The notes beneath the pieces are model-generated. The model was not told the DNA's origin. It did not search any database and saw nothing but the letters and a program-made list of their open reading frames with translations. The translations under genes and the position numbers were made by a program. From Microcystis aeruginosa NIES-843 (GTDB lineage Bacteria; Cyanobacteriota; Cyanobacteriia; Cyanobacteriales; Microcystaceae): a stretch of DNA of 32,000 nucleotides. Positions 8,925 through 17,234 of the stretch are shown here, one piece after another; within the stretch, counting starts at the first letter, position 1, and each line of letters opens with the position of its first letter. Where the stretch lies: contig NC_010296.1 of NCBI RefSeq assembly GCF_000010625.1, forward strand, positions 3,390,001 to 3,422,000, read 5' to 3'.

Positions 8925-9249
8925 GGTTTTGGCGATTTATAGAGCAAATGAACTAAAAACTCAGGATCTTTGTCAAGTAAGGACTTTGGCGATTTAAATA
9001 CTTGTTTACAAACAGTTTCTAAGGGTTTGATTATTTTTCTTGGGGGGGTAAGTCCAGTTATCCCCCCAAGGTTCTTGTATTTGTCTTGTTTTTAGGTGCG
9101 CTCGCCCTGCTCTCCCAATGGGAAGTTTTGCTTAGAAAAAAGGGGAGCAGCAACCACCTTGACCCGCCTTTTCTGAGAACTAACTATATTTATTAAGCAC
9201 AAAACTGAGAATTAACTACATTTCTTAACGAAAAAATCGAGATTAGGTA

Positions 9250-9279
9250 TTGACACCGACAAAAAAAGGGTGTTATTCT
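9250..9279 (+). promoter_or_regulatory. Candidate gvpA operon promoter (-35 TTGACA, extended -10 TGTTATTCT)
   Basis: TTGACA at 9250..9255, an 18-nt spacer, TG at 9271-9272 and TATTCT at 9274..9279. It lies about 105 nt upstream of the gvpA1 ATG. Confidence 0.5.
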
Positions 9280-9384
9280 TCAGATGCCGAAGTGATGAAG
9301 GCAGAAAAAACAAACAAGTTTCTGAATCCTCCATGACTTCAGCACCGTACACTTTCTATGAAAACAACAAAAAGGTCTATTACC

Positions 9385-9600
9385 ATGGCAGTCGAAAAAA
9401 CTAACTCTTCCTCTAGCTTGGCTGAAGTTATTGATCGTATCCTTGACAAAGGTATCGTTATTGATGCCTGGGCTCGCGTATCTCTGGTGGGCATCGAATT
9501 ATTAGCGATTGAAGCTCGTGTAGTTATCGCTTCGGTTGAAACCTACCTCAAATATGCTGAAGCCGTTGGTCTGACTCAATCTGCAGCGGTTCCTGCTTAA
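9385..9600 (+). CDS. gvpA: Gas vesicle structural protein GvpA, copy I
   Basis: 71 aa: [71 protein letters not shown], the canonical GvpA sequence. The ORF-track upstream extension from 9358 is unlikely, because copy III starts at this Met. Confidence 0.95.
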
Positions 9601-9954
9601 GGATTGATCTCAGTGAATACCCTGCTGGGGTTTACAAATTCTTAGCTTTTCTTTCATCCCTATTGAGTTTAGTTAACCCTCTCTTGGGGCGCAATAGTCT
9701 ATAACTGATCAAGTTGACACGGCAACGGATAGCGAAAACGAAGCTAGACCCCTACAAATTATTTTTGTAAACGTGATTTTGTCCTTTGTAGCTAGGATTA
9801 CCCCCTATCACCAGAGTGTGAGACTCACTATTTTTCGGAATAGAAAGTCATTTTTGGTGTGGGAGCCGCGCCCCTGAGATGCGGTAGTTCCATATATCAA
9901 TTTTGGGATCAGCACTGTACACTTTCTATACAACTAACAAAAAGGTCTATTACC

Positions 9955-10170
9955 ATGGCAGTCGAAAAAACCAACTCTTCCTCTAGCTTAGCTGAAGTTA
10001 TCGATCGTATCCTTGACAAAGGTATCGTTATTGATGCTTGGGCTCGCGTATCTCTCGTCGGAATCGAATTATTAGCGATTGAAGCTCGTGTAGTTATCGC
10101 TTCTGTTGAAACCTACCTCAAATATGCTGAAGCTGTTGGTCTGACTCAATCTGCAGCAGTTCCTGCTTAA
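9955..10170 (+). CDS. gvpA: Gas vesicle structural protein GvpA, copy II
   Basis: Identical 71-aa product; it differs from copy I only at synonymous positions (e.g. aaaact vs aaaacc). The ORF-track start at 9859 is a spurious extension through the spacer. Confidence 0.95.
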
Positions 10171-10499
10171 GGATTGATCCCAGATTCTCCTATCTGCTGA
10201 GTGAAAACCCGACTGGGTTTTCCAGATCCTCGGATTTTCTTTAAATCCCTATTGAGTCCAGTTACCCCTCTCTTGGGGCGTAGTGCTCTATGATTGACAA
10301 GGTTGGCACGGCAAATGTGTTTTGACCCTTGCAGCTAGGTTTACCCCCTATCACCAGAGTGTGAGACTCACTATTTTTCGGAATAGAAGGTCATTCTTGG
10401 GCTAGGAAGCCGCGCCCCTGAGATGCGGTAGCTCGATATATCAACTTTGGGATCAGCACTGTACACTTTCTATACAACTAACAAACAAGGTCTATTACC

Positions 10500-10715
10500 A
10501 TGGCAGTCGAAAAAACCAACTCTTCCTCTAGCTTAGCTGAAGTTATCGATCGTATCCTTGATAAAGGTATCGTTATTGATGCTTGGGCTCGCGTCTCTCT
10601 CGTCGGAATCGAATTATTAGCGATTGAAGCTCGTGTAGTTATCGCTTCTGTTGAAACCTACCTCAAATATGCTGAAGCAGTTGGTCTGACTCAATCGGCG
10701 GCGGTTCCTGCTTAA
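10500..10715 (+). CDS. gvpA: Gas vesicle structural protein GvpA, copy III
   Basis: Identical 71-aa product. The ORF starts exactly at the conserved Met. Confidence 0.95.
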
Positions 10716-10958
10716 GGATTGATCCCAGATTCTCCTATCTGCTCAGTTAAAACCCGACCAGGTTTTCTAGATTCTCGGCTTTTCTTTAATCCCTATTGAG
10801 TTTAGTTACCCCTCTCTTGGGGCGCAATAGTCTATAATTGATAGGGTAGTTCACTATCTCAACTTTGGGGTGATAAGAAAAGTCGGACTCTACTGTCTCT
10901 CCCCCCAGTCCCCGTGAAGGTTTTCCTAGCGGGTGATTGGGTCTAATCCATTCCATAG

Positions 10959-11621
<663 letters not shown>

Positions 11622-11654
11622 ATCTCTAGGTTAATTACAACCCACTTAAGCCTA

Positions 11655-11686
11655 GGGCTAGAGTAAAAACCCTCTAGTCCCTTTTC
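11655..11686 (+). terminator. Candidate attenuator/terminator hairpin after gvpC
   Basis: GGGCTAGAG-taaaaacc-CTCTAGTCC forms a 9-bp stem including one G-U pair, followed by CTTTTCC. The U-tract is short, so it is at best a partial terminator. Confidence 0.35.
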
Positions 11687-12159
11687 CTGGCTAAACTAGA
11701 GGACTATCTGAAAATACAACAATAAGCCTTTGGTTTTAAACCTAGCTAGTCCTGCCTTTTCAAGTTTCTAGACTCAACGTAGGAGTGGTGGGTTCCTCTT
11801 CAGGCTGCTCTAGGGCTCTGGTAAATTAAGAAGTATTATAAAACTTCACTTAGTTTATAGCTAATGTTGTCATTATTAGTCTTTTATTGACAAAGGAGGT
11901 AAGGGAAAAGGACTGCATCTGGGCTTGTCATTGTTTAAGTCTTGAAAAGTAATCTAGACAAGAATTTTAGACCCTTAGACTAAGGAATATCCTGAAATAC
12001 CTTCAGAATCAAGGTTCTAGATCTAATTGATGACAGTTCCTAATTTTTTGTGATATTATTATGAGGTAAGCCTTAAAAGCCAAAGACGATTAAACTTGCC
12101 GTAAAATTCGGGTAACACAAGCGTCCTTGCCTACTCGGTTATTAAGGGGAAACCTGAAC

Positions 12160-12210
12160 CAGCAGTTGTTAGCTCAAGAATACCCGTACGCTTCAGGCGG
12201 GGATTATCAA
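12160..12210 (+). other. Hairpin + TCAA module upstream of gvpN (paralogue of 14352..14403)
   Basis: CAGCAGT...AAGAAT.C.CGT.CG.TT.A.GGCG.GGG.TAT.TCAA is shared with the module upstream of gvpK, about two-thirds identity by hand alignment. It ends 22 nt before the gvpN ATG. Confidence 0.5.
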
Positions 12211-12232
12211 TGGTATTTACTATATTTCAACT

Positions 12233-13273
12233 ATGACAGTTACTGAAACTCAAACAAGAAGAGCCGTCCTCAGCCTCCGCCCCGGTCAATTTGTTGTTAC
12301 GCCTTCGATTGATCAAATTGCCACCCGCGCCTTACGTTATCTAAACTCTGGTTTTTCCATTCATCTATGTGGCCCAGCAGGAACGGGAAAAACCACCTTG
12401 GCAATGCACTTGGCCAATTGTTTAGCCAGACCTGTGATGCTAATCTTTGGCGATGATGACTTTACCAGTTCCGATTTAATTGGTAGTCAGTCTGGCTACA
12501 CCCATAAAAAACTGATGGATAACTATATCCACAGCGTTCTCAAAGTTGAAGACGAGCTAAAACACAATTGGGTGGATTCTCGCTTAACAATGGCCTGTCG
12601 CGAGGGGTTTACCCTAGTTTATGATGAGTTCAATCGTTCTCGACCTGAGGTCAACAACGTTTTACTCTCTGCCTTGGAAGAAAAAATTCTCACCCTGCCG
12701 CCCACTAGCCATCAACCCGATTACCTACAAGTCAATTCTCAGTTTCGGGCAATTTTCACCTCCAACCCAGAAGAATACTGTGGGGTTCATGCTACCCAAG
12801 ATGCTTTAATGGATCGGTTGGTAACTATCAATATGCCTGAACCGGACCAACTAACTCAGACAGAAATTCTTGCTCAAAAAACGGGGATTGGTCGAGAAGA
12901 TGCTTTATTTATTGTCAACCTCGTCAAAACCTTTCGTGTGAAAACTGCGACTGAAAAAACGTCGGGTTTGCGCTCTTGTTTAATGATTGCTAAAGTCTGC
13001 GCCTCTCACGATATTGCGGCCAACTCCGCTGACTCGGACTTCCGTGATATCTGCGCCGATGTTCTTTTGTCACGCACAAATTTATCTGTTGATAAGTCAA
13101 GAGCGATTTTATGGGAAATCCTCGAGGACAATCCGTTAGAATCCTTATCCTTTCTAGAGGAAGAGGAGCCTTCCGATGCCCAAGTGTCAACTTCTGAGCC
13201 TTCGACAGGAAATCAATCGTTAAAAGCCATTCAATCTTTACTGCGAGGCAACTTGCCCCAGCGAAAAGACTAA
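12233..13273 (+). CDS. gvpN: Gas vesicle AAA+ ATPase GvpN
   Basis: 346 aa. Walker A is [10 protein letters not shown] and Walker B-like is LVYDEFNRS. Its position after gvpC is typical of GvpN. Confidence 0.9.
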   Translation: MTVTETQTRRAVLSLRPGQFVVTPSIDQIATRALRYLNSGFSIHLCGPAGTGKTTLAMHLANCLARPVMLIFGDDDFTSSDLIGSQSGYTHKKLMDNYIHSVLKVEDELKHNWVDSRLTMACREGFTLVYDEFNRSRPEVNNVLLSALEEKILTLPPTSHQPDYLQVNSQFRAIFTSNPEEYCGVHATQDALMDRLVTINMPEPDQLTQTEILAQKTGIGREDALFIVNLVKTFRVKTATEKTSGLRSCLMIAKVCASHDIAANSADSDFRDICADVLLSRTNLSVDKSRAILWEILEDNPLESLSFLEEEEPSDAQVSTSEPSTGNQSLKAIQSLLRGNLPQRKD

Positions 13274-13290
13274 TTTTATACTCTTATTGA

Positions 13291-13713
13291 GTGAAACTAA
13301 CTGTGACTTCTTCCACTTTTGCTGGCTCGCTCAGAAACCAGTCAAACAACTCCCTAAAAACAGCAACTCAAGGTTCGAGTTTAGCGGATATACTCGAACG
13401 AGTTTTAGATAAAGGAATTGTGATTGCCGGCGATATTTCCGTTTCGATCGCCTCCACTGAACTTATAAATATCCGCATTCGTTTGTTAATTGCCTCTGTT
13501 GATAAAGCCAGGGAAATGGGGATCAACTGGTGGGAAGGAGACCCCTACCTCCATAGCCAATCCCAAGCTTTACTAGCAGAAAATCGGGAACTTTCGCTCC
13601 GACTCCAAACCCTGGAAACTGAGCTTGAAACCCTAAAATCCTTAACCCAATTGAGTGCAATGGAGAGCCATGATACCAGTCCGAACGATGAAGCACATTC
13701 CTCAGATGCGTGA
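13291..13713 (+). CDS. gvpJ: Gas vesicle protein GvpJ (GvpA-like core plus C-terminal tail)
   Basis: The core is SSLADILERVLDKGIVIAGDISVSIASTELINIRIRLLIASVDKAREMGINWW (GvpA/J/M family). The start is uncertain: GTG at 13291 or GTG at 13303. Confidence 0.88.
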   Translation: MKLTVTSSTFAGSLRNQSNNSLKTATQGSSLADILERVLDKGIVIAGDISVSIASTELINIRIRLLIASVDKAREMGINWWEGDPYLHSQSQALLAENRELSLRLQTLETELETLKSLTQLSAMESHDTSPNDEAHSSDA

Positions 13714-13981
13714 AATTCCTCACTTGAATCCTCAAAGGTTAGGAAATTTACACGAGTTGACGGTTGCCCCTCTTGATAAAGCAAGGGAAATGGCAATTGA
13801 TGGGTGTCAAGGTTATCCCCACCTCCCTAGCCAATGCCAAGCTTTATTAACAGAAAACCTGGAACTTTCACGCCGACTTCAAGCCTTAAAATCCTTAGCC
13901 AAATTGAGTGCAATGGAGAGCCGTGATACCAGTCCGAACGAGCAGGCACATTCCTTATATACATTGAAATTCCTCAATTGA
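13655..13981 (+). CDS. gvpX: GvpX-like ORF, derived from a duplicated gvpJ 3' half
   Basis: The ORF overlaps the gvpJ 3' end. Possible starts are GTG 13655, ATG 13670 (GGAGAG upstream) and ATG 13706 (ATGcgTGA overlap with the gvpJ stop). From APLDKAREMAIDG... it parallels the GvpJ tail ASVDKAREMGINW... in the homologous frame. Confidence 0.6.
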   Translation: MQWRAMIPVRTMKHIPQMREIPHLNPQRLGNLHELTVAPLDKAREMAIDGCQGYPHLPSQCQALLTENLELSRRLQALKSLAKLSAMESRDTSPNEQAHSLYTLKFLN

Positions 13982-14006
13982 ATCCTCAAACGGTAAAGAA
14001 GTTTAC

Positions 14007-14403
14007 CGAAAAATTGGGTTGAAAGCCTCGCCCTTTTAGGGCGACTTTATGTGGTGTATGATATTAAGAATAGGGGGCCGGGTAAGCAACCGCTTAAAAA
14101 ACCCAGTCATCAACCGATGAACGCACCTTGAAAACTAAAGTTATGGGGTTCTCTAGGGGAATGCTCCTATAGGTAAAAGCTCTCAGCGTCAAGTACCAGA
14201 GAAACCAATTATTTTAGAGGTTTTGAACTGTATCGTAGGGGCCCCCGAAAACAGGCTTCTGTAAGGTCGCGAAAGTCTGAGGAGAGAACCACCTCTGGGT
14301 GGGATTTCGCTAGGAATCTAATTCAAGTGGACTCGTTGAGCCAGAAATTCTCAGCAGTGATGCGAGAAGAATCCACGTCCGTTTACGGCGTGGGGTATGT
14401 CAA
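14007..14403 (+). mobile_element. Candidate non-autonomous IS200/IS605-type element (PATE-like) in the gvpX-gvpK spacer
   Basis: TTAC (14003-14006) is followed 21 nt later by hairpin TCGCCC-tttta-GGGCGA (14028..14044). Near the other end is a related hairpin CCACG(T)CCG-ttta-CGGCGTGG (14373..14393) with a bulged T, followed by 10 nt ending in TCAA (14400..14403). The region is non-coding. The geometry matches what I recall for IS608-type ends. Confidence 0.35.
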
Positions 14404-14491
14404 ATCATTATTTTCCCTCAGATAAAATTTCTTGGCCAAGCTCCCCACTAGAGACTCACCGTCAAAAACTGCTCATTTACCAATTCCCACC

Positions 14492-14965
14492 ATGACACTT
14501 GCTTGCACACCTTACGATTCTGATAATCAAGCCTTGCTGACCCGTCCAGAAAGTAATAGCCAAGCTGGTTTAGCCCCTTTACTGTTAACTGTCGTGGAAC
14601 TGGTACGCCAATTGCTCGAAGCCCAAATCATTCGCCGGATGGAAAAAGGGGTTCTCAGTGAGTCTGATTTAGATAGAGCCGCAGAAAGTATCCAAAAATT
14701 GCAAGAACAAATTCTCTATTTGTGTGAAATTTTTGAGGTTGAGCCAGAAGAGTTAAATGTCCACTTAGGAGAGTTTGGAACTCTTTTACCGGAAGCAGGG
14801 AGTTATTACCCGGGAGAGGAGGGTATTAAGCCTTCTGTGTTAGAATTAGTGGATCGACTCCTCAATACAGGGGTTGTTGTGGAAGGAAATGTTGATCTGG
14901 GTTTAGCTCAACTAGATTTAATTCATCTAAAGCTTCGTTTGGTTTTAACTTCTCAGCCGGTTTAA
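14492..14965 (+). CDS. gvpK: Gas vesicle protein GvpK
   Basis: LAPLLLTVVELVRQLLEAQIIRRMEKG...LNTGVVVEGNVDLGLAQLDLIHLKLRLVLTS is the GvpK signature. I prefer the ATG at 14492 (157 aa) over the ORF-track TTG at 14432. Confidence 0.88.
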   Translation: MTLACTPYDSDNQALLTRPESNSQAGLAPLLLTVVELVRQLLEAQIIRRMEKGVLSESDLDRAAESIQKLQEQILYLCEIFEVEPEELNVHLGEFGTLLPEAGSYYPGEEGIKPSVLELVDRLLNTGVVVEGNVDLGLAQLDLIHLKLRLVLTSQPV

Positions 14966-14980
14966 TTTGGGAGAATACTG

Positions 14981-15715
14981 ATGACAGTGGGTCTTTATTT
15001 ATATGGAATATTTCCCGAACCAGTTCCTGACGGACTCGTTTTGCAAGGGATTGATAATGAGCCAGTTCACAGTGAGATGATTGAGGGTTTTAGTTTTCTC
15101 TACTCCGCTGCTCATAAAGAGAAGTATTTGGCATCCCGTCGCTATTTAATTTGCCATGAAAAAGTATTAGAAACTGTCATGGAAGCAGGGTTTACAACGT
15201 TGTTGCCCCTGCGGTTTGGCTTAGTTATCAAAACCTGGGAATCCGTCACCGAACAATTAATTAGTCCCTATAAAACCCAACTGAAAGAATTATTTGCTAA
15301 ACTGTCAGGCCAACGAGAGGTTAGCATTAAGATTTTTTGGGATAATCAGTGGGAATTACAAGCGGCTTTGGAGTCTAATCCTAAGTTAAAGCAAGAACGG
15401 GATGCGATGATGGGGAAAAACTTAAATATGGAAGAAATTATCCATATAGGTCAACTCATTGAAGCCACTGTATTGCAACGGAAACAAGACATTATTCAAG
15501 TCTTTAGAGACCAATTAAATCATCGCGCCCAAGAGGTGATTGAAAGCGATCCGATGACGGATGACATGATTTACAATGCAGCTTATTTAATTCCCTGGGA
15601 GCAAGAGCCGGAATTTAGCCAAAACGTTGAAGCGATCGATCAGCAGTTTGGTGATCGCCTAAGAATTCGCTATAACAATTTAACCGCACCCTATACCTTT
15701 GCCCAACTTGTCTAA
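14981..15715 (+). CDS. gvpF: Gas vesicle protein GvpF (GvpF/L family)
   Basis: 244 aa. The N-terminus LYLYGIFPEP...LLPLRFG and the C-terminal NLTAPYTFAQL are typical of GvpF/L. GGGAGA lies upstream of the ATG. Confidence 0.88.
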   Translation: MTVGLYLYGIFPEPVPDGLVLQGIDNEPVHSEMIEGFSFLYSAAHKEKYLASRRYLICHEKVLETVMEAGFTTLLPLRFGLVIKTWESVTEQLISPYKTQLKELFAKLSGQREVSIKIFWDNQWELQAALESNPKLKQERDAMMGKNLNMEEIIHIGQLIEATVLQRKQDIIQVFRDQLNHRAQEVIESDPMTDDMIYNAAYLIPWEQEPEFSQNVEAIDQQFGDRLRIRYNNLTAPYTFAQLV

Positions 15716-15729
15716 GGAGAGTATTAGTT

Positions 15730-15990
15730 ATGTTTCTCGATCTTTTATTTCTTCCTGTTACCGGTCCTATTGGGGGTCTGATCTGGATTGGGGAGAAAAT
15801 TCAAGAGCGTGCAGATATAGAATATGATGAGGCGGAAAATTTGCACAAATTGTTATTATCCTTACAACTATCTTACGATATGGGCAACATTTCTGAGGAG
15901 GAGTTTGAAATTCAGGAAGAAGAACTTTTATTAAAAATTCAAGCCTTAGAAGAAGAAGAGGCAGAAAACGAATCTGAATCTTCTCTCTAA
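15730..15990 (+). CDS. gvpG: Gas vesicle protein GvpG
   Basis: 86 aa. MFLDLLFLPVTGPIGGLIWIGEKIQE...ISEEEFEIQEEELLLKI is the GvpG pattern. AAGGAG lies upstream. Confidence 0.88.
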   Translation: MFLDLLFLPVTGPIGGLIWIGEKIQERADIEYDEAENLHKLLLSLQLSYDMGNISEEEFEIQEEELLLKIQALEEEEAENESESSL

Positions 15991-16113
15991 ACTTGCAATC
16001 TTTCCCACCACATAGATCATGAACAAAATCACAAATTGTAAGCTTAGTAAGGGCGGATTTGACAAGCTCAAGAACTCGTTGAAGCTTGGTCAGAACTAGC
16101 CCTTGGTTAAGCC

Positions 16114-16446
16114 TTAATATTCTAGGTAAAAAGTTTGGAAATTACTGGAATTATTAGAGGAGTGAGCAACAGTTTTGGGGGAATCAGGTTTTTTAGCTAC
16201 ACTAGGAGGGTTGGCTGTACGCAAATTTTGAATACTTTGTTCTGTAGTCTCAATTTGCTCTGTCACAAACGTGAGACGATTTTTTAATTGCTGAATCTGC
16301 CGCTCCATCATTTCTAATTTTTCTTGGATACGTTGTTTTTCAGTAATTAACTTATAAAGCTCAAGTTGGTGATCTGCTTCAGATTGTTTCCGAGGCATGG
16401 TGCTAATTTTAGATCTAATTGGTCTGGGTGGACGAGTGGTTGTCAT
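16114..16446 (-). CDS. gvpV: Small coiled-coil protein, GvpV-like by position
   Basis: 110 aa, and the only ORF between gvpG and gvpW. It has a central heptad-rich segment LELYKLITEKQRIQEKLEMMERQIQQLKNRL. The assignment rests on position and size relative to the recalled Microcystis gvp map. Confidence 0.6.
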   Translation of the reverse strand: MTTTRPPRPIRSKISTMPRKQSEADHQLELYKLITEKQRIQEKLEMMERQIQQLKNRLTFVTEQIETTEQSIQNLRTANPPSVAKKPDSPKTVAHSSNNSSNFQTFYLEY

Positions 16447-16464
16447 AACAATCCCTGAATAACT

Positions 16465-16476
16465 TAGAATATTCTA
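16465..16476. promoter_or_regulatory. Perfect 12-bp palindrome TAGAATATTCTA in the divergent gvpV-gvpW spacer
   Basis: Read directly from the sequence. It is centred in the 92-bp region between the divergent start codons at 16446 and 16539, making it a candidate operator. Confidence 0.35.
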
Positions 16477-16538
16477 GCATATCAACGCCCCAATATAAAA
16501 ACTTGTAAAAAATCGTCAATTTTCTTTTGGTCAACCCT

Positions 16539-17222
16539 ATGAAATTGTACAATCTATATACTTACGCTTTTTTGAAAACCCCCATAGAAAGCCTAAAATT
16601 ACCCGTTGGAATGGCTAACCCATTGTTACTGATAACTGGTGGAGAGCTATCGGCCGTAGTCGAACCCGAAGTTGGTTTAGACACTTTACAAAATGATGAT
16701 GAACGCTTGATTCAATCCGTTTTATGTCATGATCGAGTCATCTGTCAATTATTTCAACAAACCACTATTTTACCCTTACGTTTTGGCACATCTTTTTTAG
16801 AGGCAGAAAATTTACTGACTCATCTTTGTTCTCATGGCCAAGAATATCAAGAAAAAATTGAAGAACTTGAGGGAAAAGGAGAATATCTTTTAAAATGTAT
16901 TCCCCGTAAGCCAGAGGAGCCTGTACTCTTTTCTGAAAGCAAGGGCAGACAATATTTTTTAGCCAAAAAACAGCTTTATGAAGCCCAACAAGATTTTTAT
17001 ACTTTGCAAGGTTCGGAATGGCAAAATCTCGTGAATTTAATCACCCAAAGCTATCCATCAACGAGGATTATTACTGCTCCGGGGACAGAATCACGAATTT
17101 ATCTTTTAGTTAATCTTCAAGAAGAACCTTTACTAATCGAGCAAGTCTTGCATTGGCAGAAAGCCTGCCCCCGTTGGGAATTACAATTAGGACAAGTTTC
17201 TCCCCCCTATCACTTTACTTAA
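16539..17222 (+). CDS. gvpW: Gas vesicle protein GvpW (GvpF/L-related)
   Basis: MKLYNLYTYAFL...LSAVVEPEV...HDRVICQLFQQTTILPLRFGTSF is a GvpF/L-type N-domain. I prefer the ATG at 16539 over the ORF-track TTG at 16527. Confidence 0.8.
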   Translation: MKLYNLYTYAFLKTPIESLKLPVGMANPLLLITGGELSAVVEPEVGLDTLQNDDERLIQSVLCHDRVICQLFQQTTILPLRFGTSFLEAENLLTHLCSHGQEYQEKIEELEGKGEYLLKCIPRKPEEPVLFSESKGRQYFLAKKQLYEAQQDFYTLQGSEWQNLVNLITQSYPSTRIITAPGTESRIYLLVNLQEEPLLIEQVLHWQKACPRWELQLGQVSPPYHFT

Positions 17223-17234
17223 CTTGATTTCTCT

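Larger units (their letters stand above)
9337..10845 (+). repeat. Tandem triplication of a 545-570 bp unit (gvpA plus leader plus spacer)
   Basis: ATG-to-ATG spacing is 570 bp (9385 to 9955) and 545 bp (9955 to 10500). The leader CAGCAC[C/T]GTACACTTTCTAT...AGGTCTATTACCATGG and most of the spacer are repeated. The third spacer is truncated after about 10842. Confidence 0.9.

Noticed and set aside
9358-10170. N-terminal extensions of gvpA copies I and II in the ORF track (80 aa and 103 aa).
   Set aside because: Copy III begins exactly at MAVEKTN, and canonical GvpA is about 70 aa. The extensions read through the repeated leader/spacer and are not conserved between copies.
9337-10845. Regularly spaced repeats that could suggest a CRISPR array.
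   Set aside because: The repeat unit is about 550 bp and contains a complete conserved protein gene. The heptamer/octamer arrays elsewhere have no unique spacers. No cas genes are present.
12180-12210. The hairpins upstream of gvpN and gvpK as group II intron domain V.
   Set aside because: They lack the AGC catalytic triad and the GNRA tetraloop. The bulge is on the 5' strand rather than the 3' strand. No GUGYG 5' end or intron ORF is present.
13523-13796. Minus-strand ORFs antisense to gvpJ/gvpX (13523..13735 and 13545..13796).
   Set aside because: They overlap the well-supported gvpJ on the opposite strand and have no RBS or recognisable motif.
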